Below, one piece after another: positions 46,162 through 56,678 of a stretch of 64,000 nt of DNA; the first letter of the stretch is position 1, and each line of letters starts with the position of its first letter. The DNA comes from Bacteroidota bacterium (GTDB lineage: Bacteria > Bacteroidota > Bacteroidia > Chitinophagales > Chitinophagaceae): contig JAYWAZ010000165.1 of the NCBI GenBank assembly GCA_043781975.1, positions 9,144-73,143 of the forward strand, given 5' to 3'. Under the pieces are notes generated by a model. It did not search any database. It had not been told where the DNA came from and saw nothing but the letters and a program-made list of their open reading frames with translations. Made by a program: the position numbers and the translations under genes.

Positions 46162-48319
46162 AACTGATCTTCGCCGATAAATTGATTACCCTGCCATCGA
46201 TCGGCGCCCAGATTGATTTAAAACCGGGATTGCTGTTTGGCGGAATAATTATGCTTTCCTTTCTTGTTTGCCTGTAATCCAGCAGGTCTTCGCCATTCAG
46301 CACAAATGAAATATTTTTTATGTCGTACCGTACCATCGCGTTGGTAAGAAAATATCCCGGTGTTCTTGTACCGTCATCCAGGTATTGCCGCCCGGTGTAA
46401 GATGCTTCAATGCAGGCGCGGAAACGGCTGCTGAATTCATTGGATATCACACAGGCGAATTTACTTCCGGCGCTCAGTGGCACAAAGGGCTGCGTGGTAT
46501 TGTACAGTTGCTTTGCTATCGTATAGGCGTATCCGAGATATAGCTCCAGCTCATCATATTTGACCTGTACATAGGTTTCAAATCCACTTGTTCTTACCGG
46601 TTTGCCGGCATTGACGTAATAATGGATGGCGGCAGACGAATCAATGACCAACGGATGGTTCACCGCTGTGATAAAGAACATCTGGTTAATGGTTACCGTC
46701 ATTTCATCTGTCCGTTTATGATAATTAATATCCCAGTTGATCCCCTGCGACCTTTCGGGCCTGACGAAAGGGGCAAGGGCGATATACTGCAGGCCCCTTT
46801 CATCCACTTCACTGTTGAAGACCGAGGGAGTCTTATATCCCAGCCCTCCCCCGATCCTTGTAGAGACCTGCTTATTGATCTTGTATAAAAAGGACATCCG
46901 CGGTAATAAGAATGAATGGTAAGTACTGCTGCGATCCAATCGCAAGCCCATTTGTACAGTTATCGCAGGTGCGATCTTCCAGTCATCCTGGATGAATGCC
47001 CCCGCAACCACTTCATTGTAATTGTTCATGGAAGAAGAATCAGGCTGCTTCTTCTTAAAGTATTCTCCCGAAAAATTCAGGCCGGCGACAAAGCTGTGCA
47101 ATGTTGTTTTTTTAAGGTAAGAAAATTCGGTGAAGAAGGAGCGCTGTATGGCCTTCATGCCAAAAGTGGCGGTGGATATCTCCCTGTTAAAAAAGCTGAT
47201 GGTCGCCCTTCCGTTCAGCCGGTCTGTTGCATTCAACCTGTTTTCCCAGCCCGCATCCAGCGTATTTCGTAATGACTTATTTTCAATGAAAAAACGGTGC
47301 AGGTTATCCGCCGTATGATGCAGGACCTGCATATCCCCGCCCATGCGGTCTTCATAAGTTGCATTATAACCGATGTTCAGGCTGTTTTTCGCGTCTGGAT
47401 AATAGAACAGCCTGGGATGAAAGAAAAAACTTTTAATATCAGGCACATCGCTAAAACCATCCCCATTCACATCCGTTGCCCTTTGGATCGTGGTTCCGGA
47501 AAAAAAAGTGTAGCCCGTTTTGTTTTTCCGGTTACTGAAATATGTGTTGAGATTGCTTTCATTCAAGGTAGAATGGTTTACCAAAATAATGTGTTCGGGT
47601 TTATTGAGTTGTGGTGTTTTGGAGACCAGGTTGATCATTCCCGCAATGGCGCCGCCGCCGTATAAAGTGGAACTTGATCCTTTCACGATCTCCGCCTGTT
47701 TCAGATCAAGTGGCGGTATCTGTAAAATGCTGAAGCTGCCCGAGTAGCCGCCAAACAATGGCAATCCGTCGCGTAACAGTTGCGTGTATTTGCCCGGCAG
47801 CCCCTGTACCCGCAACTCCGCATTGCCTGTGGTTGCCGATGCCAGCTGGTTTTGAATGCCCGCCACATCACCCAGCAGGCGGGCGATATTCCCGGGTATA
47901 GTGGTCGACTCTTCATCCATTTCTTCACTGCCGATTACTTCCACCTTGGTGGGCAGGTCTTCTATACGGCTGCTGGTACGGGAAGAAGAAATAATAACTT
48001 CTTCCATTTTAAAATTATTTATCTGTAAAAAAATAACGGGGATCGTATCGCTCTGTGGAATTTGAAAAATTACGGACCGGTCATTATATCCTACAATGGA
48101 AAATATAACCTTAATCTTACCCGGCGAAAGGTTGCGGAAAATTATTTGCCCGTTATGATCGGAAATAGTTGTTTTTTTTGTACCTGTAATCTGTGCTGTT
48201 ACATCTGGTAATACCGATTGGCCCCTGGTTGTTTTAAGAATACATGCAAAATTATTTTGCCCTTTTACTTCGCATAATGCGATGCAATTCAAAAAAAGGA
48301 AAAAAAGAAATCGTTTCAA
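46157..48319 (-). CDS. TonB-dependent receptor
   Basis: N-terminal CarboxypepD-like domain, plug (RVQGLPGKYTQLLRDG, EIVKGSSSTLYGGGAIAG), C-terminal W. Confidence 0.92.
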   Translation of the reverse strand: MKRFLFFLFLNCIALCEVKGQNNFACILKTTRGQSVLPDVTAQITGTKKTTISDHNGQIIFRNLSPGKIKVIFSIVGYNDRSVIFQIPQSDTIPVIFLQINNFKMEEVIISSSRTSSRIEDLPTKVEVIGSEEMDEESTTIPGNIARLLGDVAGIQNQLASATTGNAELRVQGLPGKYTQLLRDGLPLFGGYSGSFSILQIPPLDLKQAEIVKGSSSTLYGGGAIAGMINLVSKTPQLNKPEHIILVNHSTLNESNLNTYFSNRKNKTGYTFFSGTTIQRATDVNGDGFSDVPDIKSFFFHPRLFYYPDAKNSLNIGYNATYEDRMGGDMQVLHHTADNLHRFFIENKSLRNTLDAGWENRLNATDRLNGRATISFFNREISTATFGMKAIQRSFFTEFSYLKKTTLHSFVAGLNFSGEYFKKKQPDSSSMNNYNEVVAGAFIQDDWKIAPAITVQMGLRLDRSSTYHSFLLPRMSFLYKINKQVSTRIGGGLGYKTPSVFNSEVDERGLQYIALAPFVRPERSQGINWDINYHKRTDEMTVTINQMFFITAVNHPLVIDSSAAIHYYVNAGKPVRTSGFETYVQVKYDELELYLGYAYTIAKQLYNTTQPFVPLSAGSKFACVISNEFSSRFRACIEASYTGRQYLDDGTRTPGYFLTNAMVRYDIKNISFVLNGEDLLDYRQTRKESIIIPPNSNPGFKSIWAPIDGRVINLSAKISW

Positions 48320-48327
48320 AGTTGAAG

Positions 48328-50325
48328 CTAATAATTTACAGTTTTTTTGATCATTTCATCCAGCCTGCTATAAGCCATGAAATTTTTCTCCAGGTCGAGG
48401 TTGAATGGGACAGGGGTATCCAATGAAGCGCAACGCATAACCGGGGCGTCTAAATGCTCAAAACAGTTCTCCATGATCCAGGCCGCGATCTCCCCGCCAA
48501 TGCCGCCAATGAGCGTGTCTTCATGTAAGAGTAAAACCTTTCCGGTGGCAATGACCGCCGCACGGATGGCGTCATAATCCAGCGGAAGTAATGTCCTGAG
48601 GTCCAGAATATGGATTGATATCTGTGTATGATTTTTCGCATAATCCAGGGCCCAGTGCACCCCTGCTCCATAAGTAATGATGCTGATATCGTCGCCGCTG
48701 GTGACCAGCCTTCCTTTACCGATCTCTGTTTCATAGTATGCTTCGGGCACCGGGCCGCTGACACTTCGGTACAGCGCTTTGTGTTCAAAATACAATACCG
48801 GGTTGGGATCATTGATGGCCGCGATCAATAGTCCCTTCGCGTCCATGGGCGTGGAAGGATACACCACTTTCAATCCCGGTGTATGTATGAACCAGGCTTC
48901 ATTGCTCTGGCTGTGGAAAGGGCCGGCGCCTACGCCGCCGCCGGTTGGCATGCGGATCACCACATCGGCGTTTTGCCCCCAGCGGTAGTGTATCTTGGCC
49001 AGGTTGTTGATGATCTGGTTGAAGCCTACCGTCGCAAAATCCGCAAACTGCATTTCCATCATGCTTTTGTAACCTTCCAGGCTTAATCCCAGTGCAGCGC
49101 CCACGATGGCGCTTTCGCAGAGTGGCGTATTGCGCACTCTTTCTTTTCCGAATTCATTTACAAAGCCCTCCGTTATTTTAAACGCGCCCCCATACTCCGC
49201 AATGTCCTGTCCCATCAGGACCAGGTTGGGATGTTTTTGCATGGATTGATGAAGCGCTTCCTTGATGCCGTCTACAAAACGTTTGTCTGGATGCTGAATG
49301 CCAGATGTAGCGTCTTCGAATAACTCCCTTTCAGGGGATGGGGGCAAATTGGCATAAACATCCCCCAATTCCTCCTCCATGTCTACCACCATCGGACCTG
49401 CTTCACCGGCGGTTCTTAATTCCGCTTCAATAAGGTCCTTGAATCCATTCCGCAGTTCGGCGATATTCATTTCATTCAATACCTGCTCACTGATCAGCCA
49501 GCGCTCATAATTCTTGACCGGGTCTTTGGCGCCCCATTCTTCAATCAGTGCTTTGGGAACATATTTTGTTCCGCTGGCCTCTTCATGTCCCCGCATCCGG
49601 AAGGTCATGCATTCTATCAGGTAGGGTTTTTGGTTTTTGATGCAGTATTCTCTTACGCCCTTAATGGTATCATACACTTCCAGGATGTTATTGCCGTCAA
49701 TGCGCACCCCTTCCATGCCATACCCCTTTGCTTTATCAACCAGTTTTTCGCAACGGTATTGCTCGCTTACCGGCGTGCTTAACCCGTACCCGTTGTTTTC
49801 AATGAGGAAGATCACCCGCAGGTCCCATACCGCCGCCGTATTCAGGGCTTCATGAAAATCACCCTCGCTGGTGCCTCCATCTCCCGTGAATGCCAGGGAT
49901 ATCTTATCTTCTTTTTTTAATTTATTCGCCAATGCTACCCCATCCGCGATGGCCAGCTGCGGGCCAAGGTGAGAGATCATTCCGCAGATATGATGTTCTT
50001 TGGAACCAAAATGAAAACTTCTTTCACGCCCTTTGCTGTATCCCTCCTTATTGCCCTGCCACTGCATGAATAATTTACTTAATGGCATGTTACGGGTGGT
50101 GAATACGCCCAGGTTGCGGTGCAGGGGCATCATCCATTCATCAGGTTGTAAAGCCATGGTTGCACCAACCGATATCGCCTCCTGACCGATGCCGCTGAAC
50201 CATTTGCTGATCTTCCCCTGGCGCAGCAATACCAGCATCTTCTCTTCGATCATCCTTGGCAGCAGCAGGTTTTTATACATGCTGACCAATTCTTCGTTGC
50301 TCAGATCTTTTCTGTGGAATTGCAT
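48328..50325 (-). CDS. 2-oxoacid (probably branched-chain) dehydrogenase E1, fused alpha/beta
   Basis: GDGGTSEGDFHE...ENN (TPP), FRMRGHEE, NTPLCE, EMQFADF, GPFHSQ. Confidence 0.93.
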   Translation of the reverse strand: MQFHRKDLSNEELVSMYKNLLLPRMIEEKMLVLLRQGKISKWFSGIGQEAISVGATMALQPDEWMMPLHRNLGVFTTRNMPLSKLFMQWQGNKEGYSKGRERSFHFGSKEHHICGMISHLGPQLAIADGVALANKLKKEDKISLAFTGDGGTSEGDFHEALNTAAVWDLRVIFLIENNGYGLSTPVSEQYRCEKLVDKAKGYGMEGVRIDGNNILEVYDTIKGVREYCIKNQKPYLIECMTFRMRGHEEASGTKYVPKALIEEWGAKDPVKNYERWLISEQVLNEMNIAELRNGFKDLIEAELRTAGEAGPMVVDMEEELGDVYANLPPSPERELFEDATSGIQHPDKRFVDGIKEALHQSMQKHPNLVLMGQDIAEYGGAFKITEGFVNEFGKERVRNTPLCESAIVGAALGLSLEGYKSMMEMQFADFATVGFNQIINNLAKIHYRWGQNADVVIRMPTGGGVGAGPFHSQSNEAWFIHTPGLKVVYPSTPMDAKGLLIAAINDPNPVLYFEHKALYRSVSGPVPEAYYETEIGKGRLVTSGDDISIITYGAGVHWALDYAKNHTQISIHILDLRTLLPLDYDAIRAAVIATGKVLLLHEDTLIGGIGGEIAAWIMENCFEHLDAPVMRCASLDTPVPFNLDLEKNFMAYSRLDEMIKKTVNY

Positions 50326-50379
50326 AATTGAGTGCTGAATAAATTATTGACGAAGTTAACTGATGTTTGATAATGTTTT

Positions 50380-50428
50380 TGTTTTCCCGGGTGAGTCACC
50401 CCGGGAGGGTGGCTCACCCGGGAAAACA
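50380..50428. repeat. GC-rich hairpin (REP-like) between divergent genes
   Basis: tgttttcccgggtgagtcaccc-cggga-gggtggctcacccgggaaaaca, 22-bp arms, one mismatch (G.U pair). Confidence 0.85.
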
Positions 50429-50522
50429 ACCAAATTGTTAATTAAATGTAAAGGAGACGGTTTTTACACAGCCCGCTTGTGCAAATGTAAATCCCCCTGC
50501 ATCCTTTTCAAAACAACCAACC

Positions 50523-51683
50523 ATGCAAGTAATTTTTAAACCAATCGCTGCCGTATTTACCCTCCTTGCAGCTTTTATGCTGCTTTCCATGACAACGCCC
50601 GGAAAAAGATCCGTGAAACGGGTCAAAGCGCCTGCCCCCAAGATCCAGGTAGCCATCTTGCTCGATGTAAGCAACAGCATGGACGGCCTCATTGAACAGG
50701 CCAAGGCACAATTATGGAACATGGTGAGCACCATGGGTAAGGCGCAATGCGACAATGCCACCCCAAAAATTGAGATTGCCCTGTATGAATACGGGAGGAG
50801 CACGAATAACGTAAAGGAGGGCTATGTAAAACAGATCAATGGTTTTACCGGCGACCTTGACCAGGTTTCAAAAAATCTTTTCGGCCTCACTACGAACGGG
50901 GGTGATGAATTTTGCGGTCACGTGATCTTCACTTCCATGAAAGAACTGAACTGGGATAATTCCGCATCAAGTTACAAAGTGATCTTTATCGCCGGTAATG
51001 AGGATTTTTTACAGGGCGATATCCTTTATACCAGGGCCTGTGCGGAAGCAAAGCAAAAAGGCGTGACCGTCAATACCATTTATTGCGGCGACAGGATGCA
51101 GGGCATCAGGGAGCACTGGAACCTTAGCGCCGAATGTGGCAACGGCAGTTTCACTAATATCAACCAGGACGCGAAGATCGAAGACATCCCCACGCCTTAC
51201 GACAGTATCATCTTTTCACTGAACGAAAAACTGAACGGCACGTATATCGCTTACGGATATGCCGGCAGGACAAACCTCGCCAAGCAAGCGGAAGTAGACC
51301 AATTGAATACCACCATGAGTAAAACGGCGGGCATTAAACGTATCGCGGTGAAGGGAAATAATAAAGTGTATAAGAATGCGTCATGGGACCTCGTGGACGC
51401 CTATGACGGGGATGAAAAATCCATCGCCAAATTAGACATGAAAACTTTGCCCGACAGTTTACAGAAAAAAAGCAAGGAAGAAATAAAAGTAATTGTAACG
51501 GAAAAAGGCAGGGAACGCGGGCTGGTTCAAAAAGAAATTGAAAAAGTGAATACCCAAAGGGAGGCCTATATCGCAAAAGAAAAAGCAAAGAATGTTTTAA
51601 AAGTTAACAACGCCACAATGGAAACAGAAGTGGAGAAGATCATCAAAGTGCAGGCAAAGCGATATAATATGATCATTCAGTAG
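50523..51683 (+). CDS. Secreted von Willebrand factor A domain protein
   Basis: ILLDVSNSM MIDAS, NGGDEFCG, IFIAGNE. Confidence 0.88.
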   Translation: MQVIFKPIAAVFTLLAAFMLLSMTTPGKRSVKRVKAPAPKIQVAILLDVSNSMDGLIEQAKAQLWNMVSTMGKAQCDNATPKIEIALYEYGRSTNNVKEGYVKQINGFTGDLDQVSKNLFGLTTNGGDEFCGHVIFTSMKELNWDNSASSYKVIFIAGNEDFLQGDILYTRACAEAKQKGVTVNTIYCGDRMQGIREHWNLSAECGNGSFTNINQDAKIEDIPTPYDSIIFSLNEKLNGTYIAYGYAGRTNLAKQAEVDQLNTTMSKTAGIKRIAVKGNNKVYKNASWDLVDAYDGDEKSIAKLDMKTLPDSLQKKSKEEIKVIVTEKGRERGLVQKEIEKVNTQREAYIAKEKAKNVLKVNNATMETEVEKIIKVQAKRYNMIIQ

Positions 51684-51690
51684 AAGATGG

Positions 51691-51835
51691 AATTGGCTAA
51701 GAGGTCAAAGGAGAAAAAGAGGTAACAGAAAGAAATGCAACCTCTTTTTCTCCTTTTCTCTTTTTGCTCTTAGTCAATCTCTTTCTTGTCTGTTTTCCCC
51801 TTTTCTCCTTTTCTCTTTTTTGCTTTTAGCCAATT
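51691..51835. repeat. Inverted repeat element related to 3581-3701
   Basis: aattggctaagaggtcaaaggagaaaaagagg with two reverse arms (..ttttctctttttgctcttagtcaat, ..ttttctcttttttgcttttagccaatt). Confidence 0.75.
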
Positions 51836-52191
51836 TTCTCTTTTTTCTCATCCGGGAATGCCCGCCTATGAACCACGGAATTAAAAAAAGACAGCGCCGC
51901 ACCAAACAGCAACGCATACCAGAAACTTCTTACCTCGAAGCCATGAACAAAATGCGCATCCAGTAAAATGATACCGGCATTGATCACAAACAGGAATAGG
52001 CCAAGCGTGAGTATGGTGGCGGGAAGGGTGAGTAAGATGAGCAGGGGCTTTACTACGGCATCGAGCAGGGATAGCACCAGGGCCACCATGATGGCGGTGA
52101 AAAAATCAACAATGGAAATGCCCGGCAGGATATAGGCCAGGATAAAAACATTGACCGAGCAAACCAATACTTTTAAAATCCATTTTTGCAT
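51826..52191 (-). CDS. YvlD-like 4-TM membrane protein (phage holin superfamily IV)
   Basis: VKPLLILLTLPATILTLGLFLFVINA, GFEV.SFW.AL. Confidence 0.88.
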   Translation of the reverse strand: MQKWILKVLVCSVNVFILAYILPGISIVDFFTAIMVALVLSLLDAVVKPLLILLTLPATILTLGLFLFVINAGIILLDAHFVHGFEVRSFWYALLFGAALSFFNSVVHRRAFPDEKKEKIG

Positions 52192-52219
52192 ACAATCGTT
52201 TTATGTTTCCGGTATGAGA

Positions 52220-53500
52220 TCAGGTAACGACCAGTTCATAAAAATCCTCCGGTACCAGGTATTTTTTCGCCAGTTCACGCAGTTCTTCCGCAGAGATCGT
52301 TTTTATCGTTTGTATCGAATCATAAAAATAGCTATCGTCGAGTTTATTCAGGATCAAATTTTTCCACCTACCCATGATCTGGAAGGGCCCGTCGAGGTCG
52401 CCCAGTATGGTGCCCATCAGGTAATTGCGTACCAGCGACAATTCCTCTTCATCGGCCACTTCCTCCCGCATTGATCCCATTTCCTTATACACTTCCGCGA
52501 TCGTTTCTTCACATACTTCTTTGCCCGCCTCGGTGCTGATCATCCAGGCCGATTGTTGCAAGTGGTTCTGCACATAACTATGGATGCCATAAGTGTATCC
52601 CTTTTCTTCGCGGATATTACTCATCAGCCTTGAACCAAAATAGCCCCCGAATAAAGTATTCAGCACCATCACTTTCATGAAGTCGGGATGATGCCTGTTG
52701 GGGAAGGGCCTTGCGATCCGGATGGCGCCCTGTACACCGTTGGGGTCGTTCTGTATCCTGAATTTCTTTTCAGTAGCGGGTTTGCTTTCTATATTGTTTA
52801 CGCTGAAGGTTGGTCTTCCTATGGCGTGTTTTCCAAAACTGTTATTCAGTTGCTCCTGTATGTTGGCCGGCAATTTTCCCGAAACAAAGATCACACAGTG
52901 GCCATGCAGGTAATGCTGTTGAAAATATTTTTTGAGTGTGGCCGTTTCCAGCGCATCAATATCCGCTGCATTGGTATAGGTTCCGTAAGGATGGTCCTCT
53001 CCGTACACATAGGCATCGATGAGGCGGCCTGCTACAAAATCGCTTTTTTGTAAACTAACGCTCAGCCGTTGTTTTGTATTTTGTTTGTATATCGCCAGTT
53101 CGGTTTCAGGGAAGGTGGAATCCGTGATCATTTCCTCCAGCACGGACAATAATTCGGGAAGATGCTTGCTGAGCGTTGACAGGGTGATCACCGCGGTTTC
53201 ATTATAACAGGCCCTGCTGCAATAGGCGCCGTAATATTCAAAATCTTCATTGAGCTGGAAGGCGGTTCGTTTACCCGTTCCGTTCTTAAGCATGAAATTG
53301 GTGGCGGAGGCCACGGAACGCTGATCTTCGAACCAGTTGCCCGCATAAAACACCAGCTCCAGTTGCAGCACGTCCTGTGCCCCTGCGTCAATAGCGTATA
53401 CAGGCACCCCGTTATCGAGCGTAAACTGTTCACAGGGTTTCAGTTGCAGGTTGAATTCAACGGCATCTTTTATCTGCGGTGGTACTGAACGGTTGATCAT
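52220..53500 (-). CDS. M16 peptidase family, non-catalytic partner subunit
   Basis: No HxxEH; GGYFGSRLMSNIREEKGYTYGI. Confidence 0.88.
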   Translation of the reverse strand: MINRSVPPQIKDAVEFNLQLKPCEQFTLDNGVPVYAIDAGAQDVLQLELVFYAGNWFEDQRSVASATNFMLKNGTGKRTAFQLNEDFEYYGAYCSRACYNETAVITLSTLSKHLPELLSVLEEMITDSTFPETELAIYKQNTKQRLSVSLQKSDFVAGRLIDAYVYGEDHPYGTYTNAADIDALETATLKKYFQQHYLHGHCVIFVSGKLPANIQEQLNNSFGKHAIGRPTFSVNNIESKPATEKKFRIQNDPNGVQGAIRIARPFPNRHHPDFMKVMVLNTLFGGYFGSRLMSNIREEKGYTYGIHSYVQNHLQQSAWMISTEAGKEVCEETIAEVYKEMGSMREEVADEEELSLVRNYLMGTILGDLDGPFQIMGRWKNLILNKLDDSYFYDSIQTIKTISAEELRELAKKYLVPEDFYELVVT

Positions 53501-54144
53501 TTATTCTTGAATTTTTTTCTGCTAAAAAAGATGAGCATCGGGCCAACCATTAAAAAAATATAACCAAAGGGGTGATAGCTAAGCGGCATGATTGCTATCC
53601 AGGTAATGGCCAGTGTAAATGCAATGACCATGGTTGCCTGTGAAAACATTGCTTTATGAAAACTTATATCAGCATTACCTTTCAAGTGTTTTTTATTTAC
53701 CAGTTTATACATCCGGTATAAGATCAAATTACAGGAAAGCGGAACACCAAGGTAAAAGAACACCTGTAGTTTAGTTACGCCCCCATAAAAAATTGAATTA
53801 AATAAAAAACTGGTACTGAAAGGAAAAAGTATGATGATAAAAAGCAGCCAGAGGTTGATGGCCATGAAGCGAATATCAAAATTATCAACATACTTAAAGA
53901 GCTGGTGGTGACGAAGCCAGGTGCTACCTATTAACCAGAAGCTTACCATCAAACCAAATAACTGAGGTAATATTACTTTGAATTTTTCCCATACCATTGT
54001 TCCCGTGTCGCCTTTGTTTACTAGGGGTGGATGGATTTCAATGGCCATCAACGTGATGGCAATGGCAAATACGGCATCACTGAAAAAAGCGATGCGCTCT
54101 ATCATGAAATTATGCCGGGGATGTCGGGTCTCTGTCATCAGCAA
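53497..54144 (-). CDS. TMEM175 family potassium channel (DUF1211)
   Basis: ERIAFFSDAVFAIAITL, W..HHQLF, PFST. Confidence 0.88.
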   Translation of the reverse strand: MLMTETRHPRHNFMIERIAFFSDAVFAIAITLMAIEIHPPLVNKGDTGTMVWEKFKVILPQLFGLMVSFWLIGSTWLRHHQLFKYVDNFDIRFMAINLWLLFIIILFPFSTSFLFNSIFYGGVTKLQVFFYLGVPLSCNLILYRMYKLVNKKHLKGNADISFHKAMFSQATMVIAFTLAITWIAIMPLSYHPFGYIFLMVGPMLIFFSRKKFKNK

Positions 54145-55383
54145 TTATAATTGAGCATGATAATACAAAGTATTGCAATTATTTTCATCAAAAATGATCC
54201 TGCATTCGTCCTGCAGCTGTGCAGCCGTCACTGCCTGGTAACGTTGCAGTTCCTTGTTGACGAGGTCGACATCACCCAGTAACTCGTACATGGCCAGGCT
54301 GGCGGCCCTGTTCATGATGCTCATGTCTTCGAAGGCGATCATGCTTTCGGTCTTATTCTTCACTTTTTCCAGCTCTTTTTCGCTTATCCCTTCCTGTTGA
54401 AGCTTTTGCAGTTCTTCGTTCACGGCAGCCTCCGCGTCTTCCATCCGAACGCCCTTCACCAGTTTGCCCTCGATGGTCAGCAAGCCCGCATCGGTACTGC
54501 CCAGGTGGTAACACTCAATATTACTGAAGAGTTGTTTTTCCTTTACCAGCGACTGGTACAACCTGGATGAACCGCCACCACTCAGTATCTCCGTGATCAG
54601 GTCGGCCACGTAATAACGCATATCCGTACGGGTATAAATATGCCAGCATTTGTACAGGGCGTCCAGGGGAACCTTCGCTTTTACCGTTTTTGTTCTTGGC
54701 GCTGCTTGTTTGGGTTCCTGCAGTAGATCACGATCATATTTTTCGCCGGCAGGTATGGGTCCAAACCATTTTTCAGCAAGCTGTAAAACAGTTGCGGTAT
54801 CTACATTCCCGGCAACCGACAATATCGCGTTGGCGGGCGTGTAATGCTTGAAGAAAAAAGCCTTCACATCATCCAGCGTGGCATTTTCAACATGGCTCAG
54901 GGAAGCACCGATGGTCATCCAGCGGTAAGGATGCACCGTGTAGGCCAGTTCCCGCATTTTGTGCCATACATCGCCATAAGGCTTATTGATATAATGTTCC
55001 TTGAATTCTTCGCAAACTACTTTACGCTGCACTTCCAGGCTTTTTTTACTGAAAGCCAGCGATAACATGCGGTCGCTCTCGAGCCAGAATGCGGTCTCGA
55101 TATTTTCCGCCGGCAACTGGCAATAATAATTGGTAAGGTCGTTGGTGGTATACGCATTGTTTTCTCCGCCCGCCTGTTGCAGGGGCTCGTCGTATACCGG
55201 GATGTTGACGCTGCCACCAAACATCAGGTGTTCGAACAGGTGGGCAAAGCCCGTTTTGTAGGGGTCTTCATCCCTTGCCCCCACATCATACAACACATTG
55301 ACCACCGCCATCGGGGTGCTTTTATCCTCATGTACCAATACACGCAGGCCATTGGATAAAATAAATCGTTCAAATCGGATCAT
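54145..55383 (-). CDS. M16 zinc peptidase, catalytic subunit
   Basis: TGFAHLFEHLMF (HxxEH), NAYTTND, LESDRM. Confidence 0.93.
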   Translation of the reverse strand: MIRFERFILSNGLRVLVHEDKSTPMAVVNVLYDVGARDEDPYKTGFAHLFEHLMFGGSVNIPVYDEPLQQAGGENNAYTTNDLTNYYCQLPAENIETAFWLESDRMLSLAFSKKSLEVQRKVVCEEFKEHYINKPYGDVWHKMRELAYTVHPYRWMTIGASLSHVENATLDDVKAFFFKHYTPANAILSVAGNVDTATVLQLAEKWFGPIPAGEKYDRDLLQEPKQAAPRTKTVKAKVPLDALYKCWHIYTRTDMRYYVADLITEILSGGGSSRLYQSLVKEKQLFSNIECYHLGSTDAGLLTIEGKLVKGVRMEDAEAAVNEELQKLQQEGISEKELEKVKNKTESMIAFEDMSIMNRAASLAMYELLGDVDLVNKELQRYQAVTAAQLQDECRIIFDENNCNTLYYHAQL

Positions 55384-55387
55384 GTTG

Positions 55388-55395
55388 CAAATGTA
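55388..55395 (-). promoter_or_regulatory. -7 box just upstream of the M16 operon
   Basis: TACATTTG ends 4 nt before the ATG. Confidence 0.55.
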
Positions 55396-55424
55396 CGGAG
55401 GAGAGCAATGCCGACATCAATCGT

Positions 55425-56621
55425 TTAATCAACACTGATGGGCCGGATGGAAAGAAGGATCAGTTTCCCGTTCCGGTTCACGATCACTTTCATCTCTTCG
55501 TTGGGCGATTGCAGCAGGTTTTTATATACCTGAACATTGTGTGAAATATTCGTGCCGATGGAAATGATCTCATCGCCCACTTTAAAATGCCCTTTGTCGG
55601 CCGGTGAACCCTCAATGACGTCTTCTACCATGATCTTTCCCTGCACATAATAAATGCCCATCCCGGTATAGGCATAATCAAATGGTTCCGCGTAATGGGA
55701 ATTGGGGCTTAAATGGATCTCGTGGCCCGGATAATTAAGCACCAGGTTGAACCGTCGGATCAGGTCATTCCCCACCAGCCCGCCCACATAGGGATAGGAG
55801 GTAACATTGTACTCATCCTGGTATAAATAGGTAGGTACATTGCGAAACCGGTAAGGGCCTATTTTCACCTCCTTTATAACGGTAAGGCGCATTTGCAACC
55901 GGCCGCCCATTCCCTCTGCCTGGGTGACCACCGGTTTGCGGCGGGAAAGCAGGATATTGCTGTCCCGGGCATATTGCTCGCTCATCAGGAAACAAAGCCC
56001 GGCGCCCGTATCGAAATAAAAATTAAAATCCGTTCTCTTCCTGTCCTTGATGTGCATCCACTGAATGGGTAGGGCCGTAAAAACCGGATGAAGCATGGTG
56101 CCGTCACTGGGATAGTCGAATTTACCGGGGCTGAACACCTCGATCATATTGGTCTCGAAATTGATCTTTACGATATAGCGGCTGAAAAGGCCATAGCCGA
56201 TGATGCCATCCACTTTTTCGCCATACACGCTGCTCAGTACATCGTAATCATTCACATGAAAATTGAGGTGATGCACCGAAAGTCCGGGCAGGTGCAGGGT
56301 CTGGTCGAAGGAGAACGATACTTTATGAATACCCCCGATGCCGGTGATGGTGGTATCGGTTGCCCTTAGTGGAATTTTGAATTCAGCACAGGTGGAAGAA
56401 TCCAGGGAGATGCCCCCGCTGCCGGTATCCAGGATAAAATTGAGGGTATCGGCGATATTGGCGAACCTCGCCCTGATCACCATCACGCCGCCGCTGAATT
56501 GTTTGAACGGGAAACTGGTGATGAATTTCGATTCGGGCTGGGATAAGATCTCCTGCGCCTGCGGGAGCATGCCTGAAAACAGGAGCAATATGGTCAGATA
56601 GCAATTTCTCATCGCACTCAA
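55425..56621 (-). CDS. Aspartyl protease (two retropepsin-like domains) with PDZ domain
   Basis: FILDTGS and FYFDTGA, GIIG/GLVG, C-terminal GSPADK..GDEII. Confidence 0.88.
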   Translation of the reverse strand: MSAMRNCYLTILLLFSGMLPQAQEILSQPESKFITSFPFKQFSGGVMVIRARFANIADTLNFILDTGSGGISLDSSTCAEFKIPLRATDTTITGIGGIHKVSFSFDQTLHLPGLSVHHLNFHVNDYDVLSSVYGEKVDGIIGYGLFSRYIVKINFETNMIEVFSPGKFDYPSDGTMLHPVFTALPIQWMHIKDRKRTDFNFYFDTGAGLCFLMSEQYARDSNILLSRRKPVVTQAEGMGGRLQMRLTVIKEVKIGPYRFRNVPTYLYQDEYNVTSYPYVGGLVGNDLIRRFNLVLNYPGHEIHLSPNSHYAEPFDYAYTGMGIYYVQGKIMVEDVIEGSPADKGHFKVGDEIISIGTNISHNVQVYKNLLQSPNEEMKVIVNRNGKLILLSIRPISVD

Positions 56622-56678
56622 ATTCGAATTTACAACCTATTGGATGTACTTTTGCTCTTTATTACACAAACGGCTTTT

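Noticed and set aside
51826-52191. Holin as a sign of a prophage
   Set aside because: YvlD-type family is commonly chromosomal; no phage genes nearby.
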